64,000 bases of DNA, taken from sequence record NZ_CP093377.1; one strand, written 5' to 3'. Position numbers and translations under genes: made by a program. The notes under the pieces are model-generated. The model searched no databases. It saw only the letters and a list, made by a program, of their open reading frames with translations, and was not told the DNA's origin. Of the stretch, positions 1-7,652 are shown in pieces (the stretch's first letter is position 1; each line of letters begins with the position of its first letter). Source of the stretch: a plasmid.

Positions 1-302
1 AGCCGTTTGACCGTAAACTCTCCCTGTACGCTGGCCACAACGATATCGCCGTGCCGGGGCTTCTCAGCACTGTCCACAACCAGTAAATCGCCATTGTAGA
101 GGCTTCCGTCGGTCATACTGTCGCCGCTGGCGCGAAGGTAGTAAGTCGCGCTCGGATGCCGTATGCAGTAATCATGGAGATCCAGATCGGATTCGACATA
201 GTCAGCTGCAGGGCTGGGAAAACCGCAGCTGGCAAGGTCTGCAAACAACGGATGGGCCTGTGGCGGGAGTTCTTTCCCGGTGCTGAAAAGCTGCAGTTTC
301 AT
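1..302 (-). CDS. umuD: UmuD/MucA-like SOS mutagenesis protein, N-terminal part (C-terminus lies beyond the window start)
   Basis: Reverse-strand ORF starting at the ATG complementary to 300-302 with a GGAGG ribosome-binding site. Translation [66 protein letters not shown]...[17 protein letters not shown] contains the LexA/UmuD-type Ala-Gly cleavage site and Ser-Lys peptidase motifs. Confidence 0.75.
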   Translation of the reverse strand, partial: MKLQLFSTGKELPPQAHPLFADLASCGFPSPAADYVESDLDLHDYCIRHPSATYYLRASGDSMTDGSLYNGDLLVVDSAEKPRHGDIVVASVQGEFTVKR

Positions 303-324
303 CTTTCCTCCTGACGTCTAAATA

Positions 325-344
325 TACTGGTTATCTATACAGTA
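325..344. promoter_or_regulatory. LexA (SOS) operator TACTGgttatctataCAGTA upstream of the umuD-like gene
   Basis: CTG-N10-CAG palindrome matching the SOS-box consensus, placed about 20 bp upstream of the umuD-like start. Confidence 0.6.
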
Positions 345-530
345 TATTTAACAGCGTGAGGATAATCCAGATCGCCTGCGCCATGAACAGAGTGAGTAAC
401 CTAAGCTACTCAAAATATTCTTAAATATCATTTTGATTCTCTATAGTTACTCACAATGAGAAATAAGGCTTTTATTTTTCCATTTTGATCTTATAATATG
501 CATCAAATTGAGTTTAATTGACGGAGCATA

Positions 531-1505
531 ATGATGAATATTTACTGCGATGATGGTTCAACTAATGTTAAGCTGGCATGGTTTGAAGGAAACGAGCTGC
601 AGACCCGGGTTTCTGCTAACTCCTTCCGGCATGGCTGGAAAGTGGCGGAGTTCAGTGCTGCAACGTTCAACTATCAGGTGGGTACGCTGAAATACACCTG
701 GGACAGCGTCAGCCGGGATGCCATCCCGACAACAAACGTGGAATATCAGTACGGTGATCTCAACCTGCTGGCCGTGCATCATGCGCTGCTGAACAGCGGG
801 CTTGAGCCGCAGCCGGTGAGCCTGACCGTGACGCTGCCCCTGAGCGAGTATTATGACGGGGACTGCCAGCGGAACGAGGAGAACATCCGACGCAAACGGG
901 AAAACCTGATGCGTGAGCTGGTTCTGAATAAGGGCAGGGCATTTACCGTAACGGACGTGAAGGTGATGCCGGAATCACTGCCGGCGGCGTTCTCCCGTCT
1001 CGCGGAGCTGAAGCCCGGACCCGCTGAGACCACCCTGATTATCGATCTCGGCGGAACCACGCTCGATGCCGGCGTGATTGTCGGACAGTTTGACGATATC
1101 AGTGCGGTACACGGCAATCCGTCTGTCGGCGTGTCGCAGGTCACCCGCGCAGCTGCAGGCGCGCTGCGGGCTGCAGACAGCGAAACCAGCGCGCTTATTG
1201 CTGACACGGTCATCCGCAACCGCAATGATCGTCAGTATCTGCAGCGTGTGATCAACGATGCCGGGAAAATCGACGATGTTCTGAACAAAATTACAGAGGC
1301 AATCACTTCCCTGGGCGCGCGTGTCACCAGTGAGCTGACGGCCTTCAGGAACGTTAACCGGGTATTCCTGGTCGGGGGTGGGGCATCCCTCATTGAAGAG
1401 GCTATCCGTCAGGCCTGGCCTCTGGCTCCTGACCGTATCGAGGTTATAGGCGATCCGCAGCTGGCGCTGGCCAGAGAGATTGCCCTTTACAATAAAGAGG
1501 ACTAA
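531..1505 (+). CDS. stbA: StbA/ParM-family actin-like plasmid segregation ATPase
   Basis: 324-aa ORF with actin-fold motifs (DDGSTNVKLAW, IIDLGGTTLD, VFLVGGGA). Typical ParM/StbA length. Followed 3 bp later by a second gene. Confidence 0.85.
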   Translation: MMNIYCDDGSTNVKLAWFEGNELQTRVSANSFRHGWKVAEFSAATFNYQVGTLKYTWDSVSRDAIPTTNVEYQYGDLNLLAVHHALLNSGLEPQPVSLTVTLPLSEYYDGDCQRNEENIRRKRENLMRELVLNKGRAFTVTDVKVMPESLPAAFSRLAELKPGPAETTLIIDLGGTTLDAGVIVGQFDDISAVHGNPSVGVSQVTRAAAGALRAADSETSALIADTVIRNRNDRQYLQRVINDAGKIDDVLNKITEAITSLGARVTSELTAFRNVNRVFLVGGGASLIEEAIRQAWPLAPDRIEVIGDPQLALAREIALYNKED

Positions 1506-1507
1506 AC

Positions 1508-2170
1508 GTGCCGGACGGCCAGTATTCTTTCTATCTGCACAGCGACGATCGCACCGACATCGCGGCGATGGCGACCATCAGTACCATCTCACAGCCCCTG
1601 CGCGGTGACTTCATCCGGACCGCTGCCACCGCCGGGGCGGTGATGTACCAGACGGATGCCCGTTTACCGGCGCTGATCCCGGTGTTCTTTGACGGGCACC
1701 TGAGCGCCATCCGGCTTTGCGCCGTGATGGCTCTGGTATCCGGCACCTGGTCTTCACTCTCAGGACTTCCAGATGAGCCTGATGGTGGCGTGGCGGCTCT
1801 GGCCATGTCACCGGAGACGCAATACCAGCGCCGGCGTTACACCCTGACGCTTCAGGATGACCGGAGCAGTGAACGGGTTGAGCGTGTGCTGACGGGCGTG
1901 TCATCCCGCCTGCGTGGCGAGCTGCTGAGAAACCTGATTATCACCGGTCTGGCCCTGCATACGACCGCGCCGGAGCTGCCGCGTCTGCTGGCCAGCATGC
2001 CGGTACCGCCCGGCACGGTCAGCGAGCTGCAGGTTCTGGTTCAGCAGATGCCCGGTACGGCTGGCGTGAGTAAGGCTGCAGTACCGGAGAAACCAGCACA
2101 GCCTGCCGCACCGGTAACCGGTGACGCGACCAGGATAAAGAAAAATATGCAACGGGCATTCGGAGACTAG
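1508..2170 (+). CDS. stbB: StbB/ParR-like segregation adaptor protein
   Basis: 220-aa ORF immediately downstream of stbA in operon arrangement, as in R100/R1 stb/par loci. The C-terminus is Pro/Ala rich. Confidence 0.55.
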   Translation: MPDGQYSFYLHSDDRTDIAAMATISTISQPLRGDFIRTAATAGAVMYQTDARLPALIPVFFDGHLSAIRLCAVMALVSGTWSSLSGLPDEPDGGVAALAMSPETQYQRRRYTLTLQDDRSSERVERVLTGVSSRLRGELLRNLIITGLALHTTAPELPRLLASMPVPPGTVSELQVLVQQMPGTAGVSKAAVPEKPAQPAAPVTGDATRIKKNMQRAFGD

Positions 2171-2173
2171 AAC

Positions 2174-2437
2174 ATGTCAGTGATTAAACAGAAGGCAGAG
2201 CAGTGTATTCATACCTTTCTGCGCGCCCGGAACGTGCCCGAATCTCAGTGGCCGGAACGGGTCAAAAAGACCGGCAGGGGAATGATACTGGCAGGCGTGG
2301 CCGTCGTGGTTCCCGGCGTTCTGGTTGATAACATATCCCTGCCGGTGACAATCGCGATGCAGGTCTGCTATGCCTCGCTGATCGGCCTCGGGGTTCTCCT
2401 GGCTTTTGACGATAAAAAGCCGAAGAGCCGACCCTGA
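2174..2437 (+). CDS. small membrane protein (2 predicted transmembrane helices)
   Basis: 87-aa ORF starting 4 bp after the stbB stop, with hydrophobic stretches. Confidence 0.4.
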   Translation: MSVIKQKAEQCIHTFLRARNVPESQWPERVKKTGRGMILAGVAVVVPGVLVDNISLPVTIAMQVCYASLIGLGVLLAFDDKKPKSRP

Positions 2438-2580
2438 GCAAGAACATCATTCAGAATGGTAACCAGACAGCCAGGGAGGGACTGATGCAAAAGGTTAAGA
2501 GCGCAGGGCTGACGCTGGCGCGGCCAGCGAGCTGTTGAACTGTCAGGACATAAGGGAGATGAACACAATGAGGAAGACAA

Positions 2581-2847
2581 ATGAAGTGTAATACTGCAAT
2601 TTTGTTTGTGGCGCTCACACTGGCAATACCTGGTGCGGTGAATGCGGCAGCCACAGTGGCGGTTCTTGACCAGTTGGCCAAGCAAAAGCAAAAGGAACGT
2701 GAAGACCAGCTCGAAGCCGTGGAACGTGATGCTTTGGCACAGCCAGATGCATGGAAAGCGTATCTACAGGTGTCTGAGCAGTGCCTGCTGATGCTCCCAT
2801 CATGCTGCAAAACCGCTACCGCAGCCTCGCCATTTCACTGGCACTGA
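2581..2847 (+). CDS. small secreted protein with N-terminal signal peptide
   Basis: 88 aa. Signal peptide MKCNTAILFVALTLAIPGAVNA. AGGA ribosome-binding site upstream. Confidence 0.4.
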   Translation: MKCNTAILFVALTLAIPGAVNAAATVAVLDQLAKQKQKEREDQLEAVERDALAQPDAWKAYLQVSEQCLLMLPSCCKTATAASPFHWH

Positions 2848-2958
2848 AGGCTGCAATGGCCTGTTCCCCAGACGCCCTCAAGCTCCTCGGGCGTAACGAC
2901 GTGATAGAGTTTCGCGTACTCCGATCATCGTTAGTCTCAGCCTGCAGCACAGCTAAAT

Positions 2959-3103
2959 AAGAGAGCTGCTGAGAAACCTGATTATCACCGGTCTGGCCCT
3001 GCATACGACCGCGCCGGAGCTGCCGCGTCTGCTGGCCAGCATGCCGGTACCGCCCGGCACGGTCAGCGAGCTGCAGGTTCTGGTTCAGCAGATGGCCGGT
3101 ACG
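2959..3103. repeat. ~145-bp direct duplicate of the 3' end of stbB (copy of 1919..2063, one mismatch)
   Basis: Exact string match of gagctgctgagaaacctgattatcaccggtctggccctgcatacg...ctggttcagcagatg at both places. This explains the shared peptide in the reverse-strand ORFs 1901..2152 and 2816..3259. Confidence 0.9.
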
Positions 3104-3171
3104 GCTGGCGTTTAACGAGAAAAAACCAAAGGGGCGGGGATGAATATGAACATTAACCTGAAGGAAACAGT

Positions 3172-3375
3172 ATGAAGCTTGAAGAACTGTCAGGAGACGA
3201 ACGCACGCTGGTCGTTGTGGCACTGCAGGCGCTGCACCGTGAGAGACTGACCGCATCAAATGCCGTCTTTACGGTCTGTAGTCTGGCCGGAAAAAAGCAG
3301 CCGCCGGAAGATATTTTTGGGCTGCGTGAAGTTCAGGATGCGCTGAGACGTATCGGTGCTGCACCTGCGCGTTAA
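3172..3375 (+). CDS. hypothetical small protein
   Basis: 67-aa ORF with a GGAAAC-type ribosome-binding site region. Confidence 0.35.
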   Translation: MKLEELSGDERTLVVVALQALHRERLTASNAVFTVCSLAGKKQPPEDIFGLREVQDALRRIGAAPAR

Positions 3376-3534
3376 ATCCGGCCCCGTACACTTCAGAACT
3401 AAAAAACGGCAGGCTGATATCGTGTCCCTGCCGCCATACATTACCTCGTCCTTATCCTCTGCCTCCTCCTCCTGAATAAAAAGGAAGTCGTTTCTCTCCG
3501 CTTTATTGCCGCCAGCCGGCGGCGTGTTCAACGC

Positions 3535-3690
3535 CGTGCCTTCACGCTAACCCGGCCGCTGCGGTCGCAAGGGTTCACGTTGTCTCCGTCCTCACCCGTT
3601 CGCACCTTTCACGGTGCATTCAGCCCGTGAAAGGCTTGCGCTGCGGCTTGCGGCGTCGCCCCTGCGCCCTCCGCTCAGAGCCGGGTTTTT
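3535..3690. repeat. ~150-bp structured repeat, copy 1 (candidate single-strand promoter or ssi element) upstream of the methyltransferase gene
   Basis: Near-identical to 5270..5425. Contains a perfect 9-bp stem ctttcacgg / ccgtgaaag with an 11-nt loop and GC-rich flanks. Lies 50-60 bp upstream of an anti-restriction-type gene. Confidence 0.6.
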
Positions 3691-3739
3691 GTGGCGGCAC
3701 GGCGCAAGAGGGTGCCGCATATCAGAGAGGAGTGTGTCT

Positions 3740-4432
3740 ATGTCCCGTTTTATTCTGGGTGACTGCGTGCAGGTGATGTCCCGTTTTCCGGCGCGTGCCG
3801 TCGATTTTATTCTTACCGATCCGCCGTATCTGGTTGGCTATAAGGACCGTACCGGGCGCACCCTGGCCGGGGACAACTCTGCCGAATGGCTCCAGCCCGC
3901 CTGTCATGAAATGTACCGCGTGCTGAAAAATGACAGCCTCATGGTGAGTTTCTATGCCTGGAACCGCGCGGATCTGTTTCTGAATGCGTGGAAAACGGCC
4001 GGTTTCCGGGTGGTTGGCCATATCGTCTTTACCAAGAGCTACGCCTCAAAATCGACGTTCGTGGGTTACACGCACGAGAGCGCCTACCTGCTGGCTAAGG
4101 GGAGGCCGCAAACCCCGGACCGTCCCATCCCGGACGTGATCCCCTGGAAATACACGGGCAACCGACACCACCCGACGGAGAAGCCGGTGCAGAGCCTGCG
4201 ACCGCTGATTGAATCGCTCACGCGTCCCGGGGCCATTGTCCTTGACCCGTTCGCCGGCAGCGGCTCCACCTGCGTGGCCGCCGCCGAAGCCAGCCGCCGC
4301 TATATCGGGATCGAGATGCTTGAGGAGTACCACGCCGCCGGCGTCCGCCGTCTGGCACAGGTTGAACGGGCGAGAAGGATGCCGGCGGCCAATGACGGCG
4401 CGTTTTACCCTGACTGGCCGGAGGCAGCATGA
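3740..4432 (+). CDS. orphan N6-adenine/N4-cytosine DNA methyltransferase (beta-class; DPPY then FAGSGST)
   Basis: Motifs ILTDPPYLVG and LDPFAGSGSTCVAA. No adjacent restriction gene. Typical leading-region orphan methylase. Confidence 0.85.
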   Translation: MSRFILGDCVQVMSRFPARAVDFILTDPPYLVGYKDRTGRTLAGDNSAEWLQPACHEMYRVLKNDSLMVSFYAWNRADLFLNAWKTAGFRVVGHIVFTKSYASKSTFVGYTHESAYLLAKGRPQTPDRPIPDVIPWKYTGNRHHPTEKPVQSLRPLIESLTRPGAIVLDPFAGSGSTCVAAAEASRRYIGIEMLEEYHAAGVRRLAQVERARRMPAANDGAFYPDWPEAA

Positions 4433-4650
4433 ATTACCCGGGACTTGAACACCTGCGCGCGGACGTGGCCGCGCTCAGCAATGCCATGTGTGACGTGCGG
4501 ATGATGCTGAACCGCCTCGAATCACAGCACCGGCACGATGCGGCAACGCTTACCGAACGTATGGCTGCGCAGACTCTGCGCCGGATCAACACCCTGCTTC
4601 TGGAAGCCTACCGCGAAGCCCTGGTGCTGGACGAAACCTTTCAGGACTGA
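4429..4650 (+). CDS. hypothetical protein, translationally coupled to the methyltransferase (ATGA overlap)
   Basis: 73-aa ORF whose start overlaps the methyltransferase stop. Confidence 0.45.
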   Translation: MNYPGLEHLRADVAALSNAMCDVRMMLNRLESQHRHDAATLTERMAAQTLRRINTLLLEAYREALVLDETFQD

Positions 4651-4705
4651 CTGACCCTGCCGGGCTGATGCCCGGCCTGTAACCCCTTACAAGAGAGAAA
4701 AAACG

Positions 4706-5128
4706 ATGTACGGAACCCGCGAAGAACTTTGTGTACAGCTTGAAAACATGTTCACGTCTGACGAGCCCCTGGTCCTGCTGGTCTGGACGGAAGAGGGGAT
4801 AAGCGTGGCCTGCCGTGAAGCCCAGCCAGAACCGGACGGGGCTGAAATCCGGGAGGTGATGAAGGCGCTCGGCGAAATGAAAATGACGCAATACCGTCAG
4901 CAGGGGGTAAATAATCTGACCATTAGCGACCTTCTGACCCGTCAGCGCGAAGCGGCAAACCGTCAGGTGAGTGTTCCGGCGGTACTCCTGTCACGTGTCC
5001 TGCGTAACTATGAATGCGAGCTGGAAAACCGGATCGGTATGGCCTGGGAAGCCGGGCGGCAGGAGCCGGAATCCGTCAGGGATGAGCTGAATAACGTTCG
5101 CGCCCTACAGGAGACGCTGGCCGCCTGA
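4706..5128 (+). CDS. hypothetical leading-region protein
   Basis: 140-aa ORF with an AGAGAAAAAACG ribosome-binding site region. A terminator-like hairpin follows at 5131..5155. Confidence 0.5.
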   Translation: MYGTREELCVQLENMFTSDEPLVLLVWTEEGISVACREAQPEPDGAEIREVMKALGEMKMTQYRQQGVNNLTISDLLTRQREAANRQVSVPAVLLSRVLRNYECELENRIGMAWEAGRQEPESVRDELNNVRALQETLAA

Positions 5129-5269
5129 GAGAACGCCGGGGTAACGCCCCGGCAACCGGTGGCCATCCACTGCGAATAAGGATGTCAGTGCCTTCCGCTT
5201 TTATCCGCCGCCGCCCTCCGGGCTACGTCGGGACAATGAAACTCCCCTGAAGCTCCGTGCGGTGACGGC

Positions 5270-5425
5270 ATGCGCCGTGACTTCACTGTAGCCCGGCCGC
5301 ATCGGCCACAAGGGTTCGCTGACGCCTCCGTCCTCACCCGTTCGCACCCTTCACGGTGCATTCAGCCCGTGAAGGCTTTGCGCTGCGGCTTGCGGCGTCG
5401 CCCCTGTGTCCTCCGCTTTTCGCCG
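5270..5425. repeat. ~150-bp structured repeat, copy 2, upstream of klcA
   Basis: Same element as 3535..3690, with the same 9-bp stem hairpin. Confidence 0.6.
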
Positions 5426-5483
5426 GTCTGTCGTGTCGTCACGGCGATGCCGGAACCGAGAATATGTTAACCGTGGAGGATCT

Positions 5484-5912
5484 ATGAACCAGACCGTGAC
5501 CTGTGATGCTGTTCGTCTTGAGGGTGCGCAGCGCCTGACTTTCCTGCCTGATTTGTTTGGCGGCGATTTTATGACGTCCGAGGCATCCGTGTACGCCTAC
5601 GCCGGGCGTTACTGCCCTGAGTATCAGGGGGGATTCTGGCAGTTTTACCGGCTGCCGGAAGGCGGCGGATATATGGCACCTGACGTGGAGAGCCTGACCC
5701 TGTGCAATCGGGACAACTGGTTTGAGCAGACTGTCAGCGGGGAAGTGGCGGGGATCATCCTCACGGCACTGGTACTGAATCACCGGAGCTGGCACCACAG
5801 TAACCATGACCATGAGGAGCTGTGCCGCCACTTCTGCCGCCGTTATGAGCAGCTTATGGCATTTGCTGATACCCATCCGGAAAGCGCCACCATCTGGCGT
5901 GCCCTTGACTGA
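5484..5912 (+). CDS. klcA: KlcA/ArdB-family anti-restriction protein
   Basis: Strong similarity to RK2 KlcA and ArdB (LTFLPDLFGG, VYAYAGRYCPEYQGGFWQFYRLPEGGGYMAPD). The start is taken at MNQTVTCD. Confidence 0.8.
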   Translation: MNQTVTCDAVRLEGAQRLTFLPDLFGGDFMTSEASVYAYAGRYCPEYQGGFWQFYRLPEGGGYMAPDVESLTLCNRDNWFEQTVSGEVAGIILTALVLNHRSWHHSNHDHEELCRHFCRRYEQLMAFADTHPESATIWRALD

Positions 5913-5954
5913 CTGACCACGGGCGGCGATGCCGCCCGATTAAAGGATAAAAAC

Positions 5955-6152
5955 ATGCAACTGTCACCGGAAACCCGCAGCATCCTGCGCCAGTATAAAA
6001 CGCTCATCAACGAGCGACGTCGCGAATCAGGACTCAGCCCCGTAACAACAGCGAAAGTGCTGGATGAGATCTGCGAATCGGCTACCCGACAGTGTGCCGC
6101 CTATCTTTGCGGCCACTTCATTCTCCAGGGCGGCCAGGGGGATGGACAATAA
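5955..6152 (+). CDS. hypothetical small protein downstream of klcA
   Basis: 65-aa ORF. Confidence 0.4.
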   Translation: MQLSPETRSILRQYKTLINERRRESGLSPVTTAKVLDEICESATRQCAAYLCGHFILQGGQGDGQ

Positions 6153-6318
6153 ATAATCCGGGCGGGGCATAGGCGCCGCCTGTTCGCGCGCGAAAACCCT
6201 GTCATCCCTTCGGGCTGACGGGCGGCAAGGCCAGCGCCTGCGGCGCTGCCCCCTCCCGCCCTGATGTTAGCCCGGGGCAATGCAGATGAAAACCCTTGTG
6301 AGGGCAAATTGTCACGGA

Positions 6319-6369
6319 TACGGTCCTGCGTGGCGTGGCGTGGCGTGGCGTGGCGTGGCGTGGCGTGGC
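6319..6369. repeat. (GGCGT)n pentanucleotide tandem repeat, about 7-8 units
   Basis: tgcgtggcgtggcgtggcgtggcgtggcgtggcgtt read directly from the sequence. Confidence 0.9.
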
Positions 6370-6432
6370 GTTGTCGCCAGCTCTGAAACCCGATCAGCAA
6401 ATCCTCTGAAAACACCTGAATCCTTCTTCTGG

Positions 6433-6959
6433 CCCCCTTCGGCTCCCGGCCCGCGTGGCGGTCCGGTCGTCGAGCCCCACTCCGCCAGGTCGGCTGCTGA
6501 CGCACCCGCCGGGCTCCGCCGAACCCGCAGGCGGTTTCGGGCTGACGCTAGGGTCTGATGGCTGAGGTCAACCCCCTGGCTTGCACCGGCCGGAGGCCGG
6601 GCCGCCCTGACCGCGCCGGCGGAGCCGTCGCTTTAAGGCCGCCACGCCGTTCCGACGTGTCGGGTGCGTGCATCCTGTTCTCCCGGTGAGGCCATCCCCC
6701 GTGCGTCCTCACGCGGAGGGCTGCTTGTAGCACCGTCGTGTCGTCATCCGAAGGGTGAAATGCACGCCGCCAAAACTTTTTGCGTGCCGCAAAAACTTTT
6801 GTCTGCGCCCTTCTTCTGCCGCCCCGCCGTTGCTCCTTTTGCCCTTTGCCGCGAGAGAACTCACCAGGGAGATGGCCAACCATCACCACAGGAGAAAACC
6901 AGGATGCACACACAAAACGTCAACGTCAAAACCGCCGCTCAGGAATCTTCCAGGAAGAT
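6433..6959. repeat. leading-region long structured repeat, copy 1 (~530 bp; candidate Frpo/ssi-type single-strand promoter cassette supplying ribosome-binding site, ATG and first ~17 codons)
   Basis: >95% identical to 11690..12200 and 14911..15436. GC rich with many internal inverted repeats. Ends 55 nt into ORF 6904..7176. Confidence 0.8.
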
Positions 6960-7176
6960 GGGGGAAGAGCAAAACCCTGTTTCTGTCGCGCGTGAGTGGG
7001 TGGCTCAGGCCACTTCGCTGAAGGCGGGGGTCACCGTCACCCTGTCCGACGTTTCCCGATATGGCGACGTGCAGGTGGAGATCCGCACCAACGGAACGCT
7101 TAACTGGCGCGCCTGGTCGTTTGAACCGGATTTTCTTTTTGAACTGAAACGCAACCTGCAATACGTGCAGCTTTAA
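6904..7176 (+). CDS. hypothetical protein whose N-terminus (MHTQNVNVKTAAQES) is encoded by repeat copy 1
   Basis: AGGAGA ribosome-binding site 8 nt upstream of the ATG. 90 aa. Hairpin terminator-like structure at 7178..7200. Confidence 0.55.
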   Translation: MHTQNVNVKTAAQESSRKMGEEQNPVSVAREWVAQATSLKAGVTVTLSDVSRYGDVQVEIRTNGTLNWRAWSFEPDFLFELKRNLQYVQL

Positions 7177-7219
7177 CCGGAGGCCGGATGTCCGGCCTTA
7201 ACCCAGAGAAGGAGGAAAC

Positions 7220-7585
7220 ATGCAGAACCTTAACACCCGTCCGGCGACCCGTAAGGTCGGGCAGAGCACCGAAATCGTGAAGCTGCTGCGCATTCAGGCC
7301 AGCGACACCCACGTGGTCGAGTTTGACAACGTGGACACCCGTTTTAACGACTGCAACAACTGGCAGGTGATGGCAGGGGACAAACGTGTCCTGTTCAGCA
7401 ACCGCATGTATGAACGTTTTTCAGATGTGAAATCGGGGATTCTGGCAACGATCAACGTATGTGAAAACTGCGCCAGCGAAACGGATAAAGCGATGCTGGA
7501 AGGGGCAAAAGTCATGATGCAGGTACTCGACGGCTATCCGTCCTTTGCAGCACTGGCTGCACACCCGAAACGTATTACCGGTTAA
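7220..7585 (+). CDS. hypothetical leading-region protein
   Basis: 121-aa ORF with a GGAGGAAACATG ribosome-binding site. Confidence 0.55.
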   Translation: MQNLNTRPATRKVGQSTEIVKLLRIQASDTHVVEFDNVDTRFNDCNNWQVMAGDKRVLFSNRMYERFSDVKSGILATINVCENCASETDKAMLEGAKVMMQVLDGYPSFAALAAHPKRITG

Positions 7586-7652
7586 CCGGGTGCCGTGACC
7601 GGATCGCACTCCGGCCACGGCGGACCATCACTTAAACACAGGAGTAAAAATC

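Noticed and set aside
6319-6369. Pentanucleotide tandem repeat considered as a CRISPR-like array
   Set aside because: Unit is 5 bp with no spacers and no cas genes. It is a simple microsatellite.
6548-6913. 121-aa reverse-strand ORFs (also 11789..12154 and 15027..15391) and plus-strand ORFs 6664..7176 and 11905..12459 within the long repeats
   Set aside because: Identical ORFs arise because the DNA is a repeated, highly structured non-coding element. Protein sequences are low-complexity (R/G/P/A). The genuine genes start at the conserved ribosome-binding site/ATG near the repeat ends.
7220-7585. 121-aa leading-region ORF, considered as the expected plasmid ssb
   Set aside because: No similarity to the SSB OB-fold N-terminus or the acidic DDDIPF tail. 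No ssb gene could be identified anywhere in this leading region.
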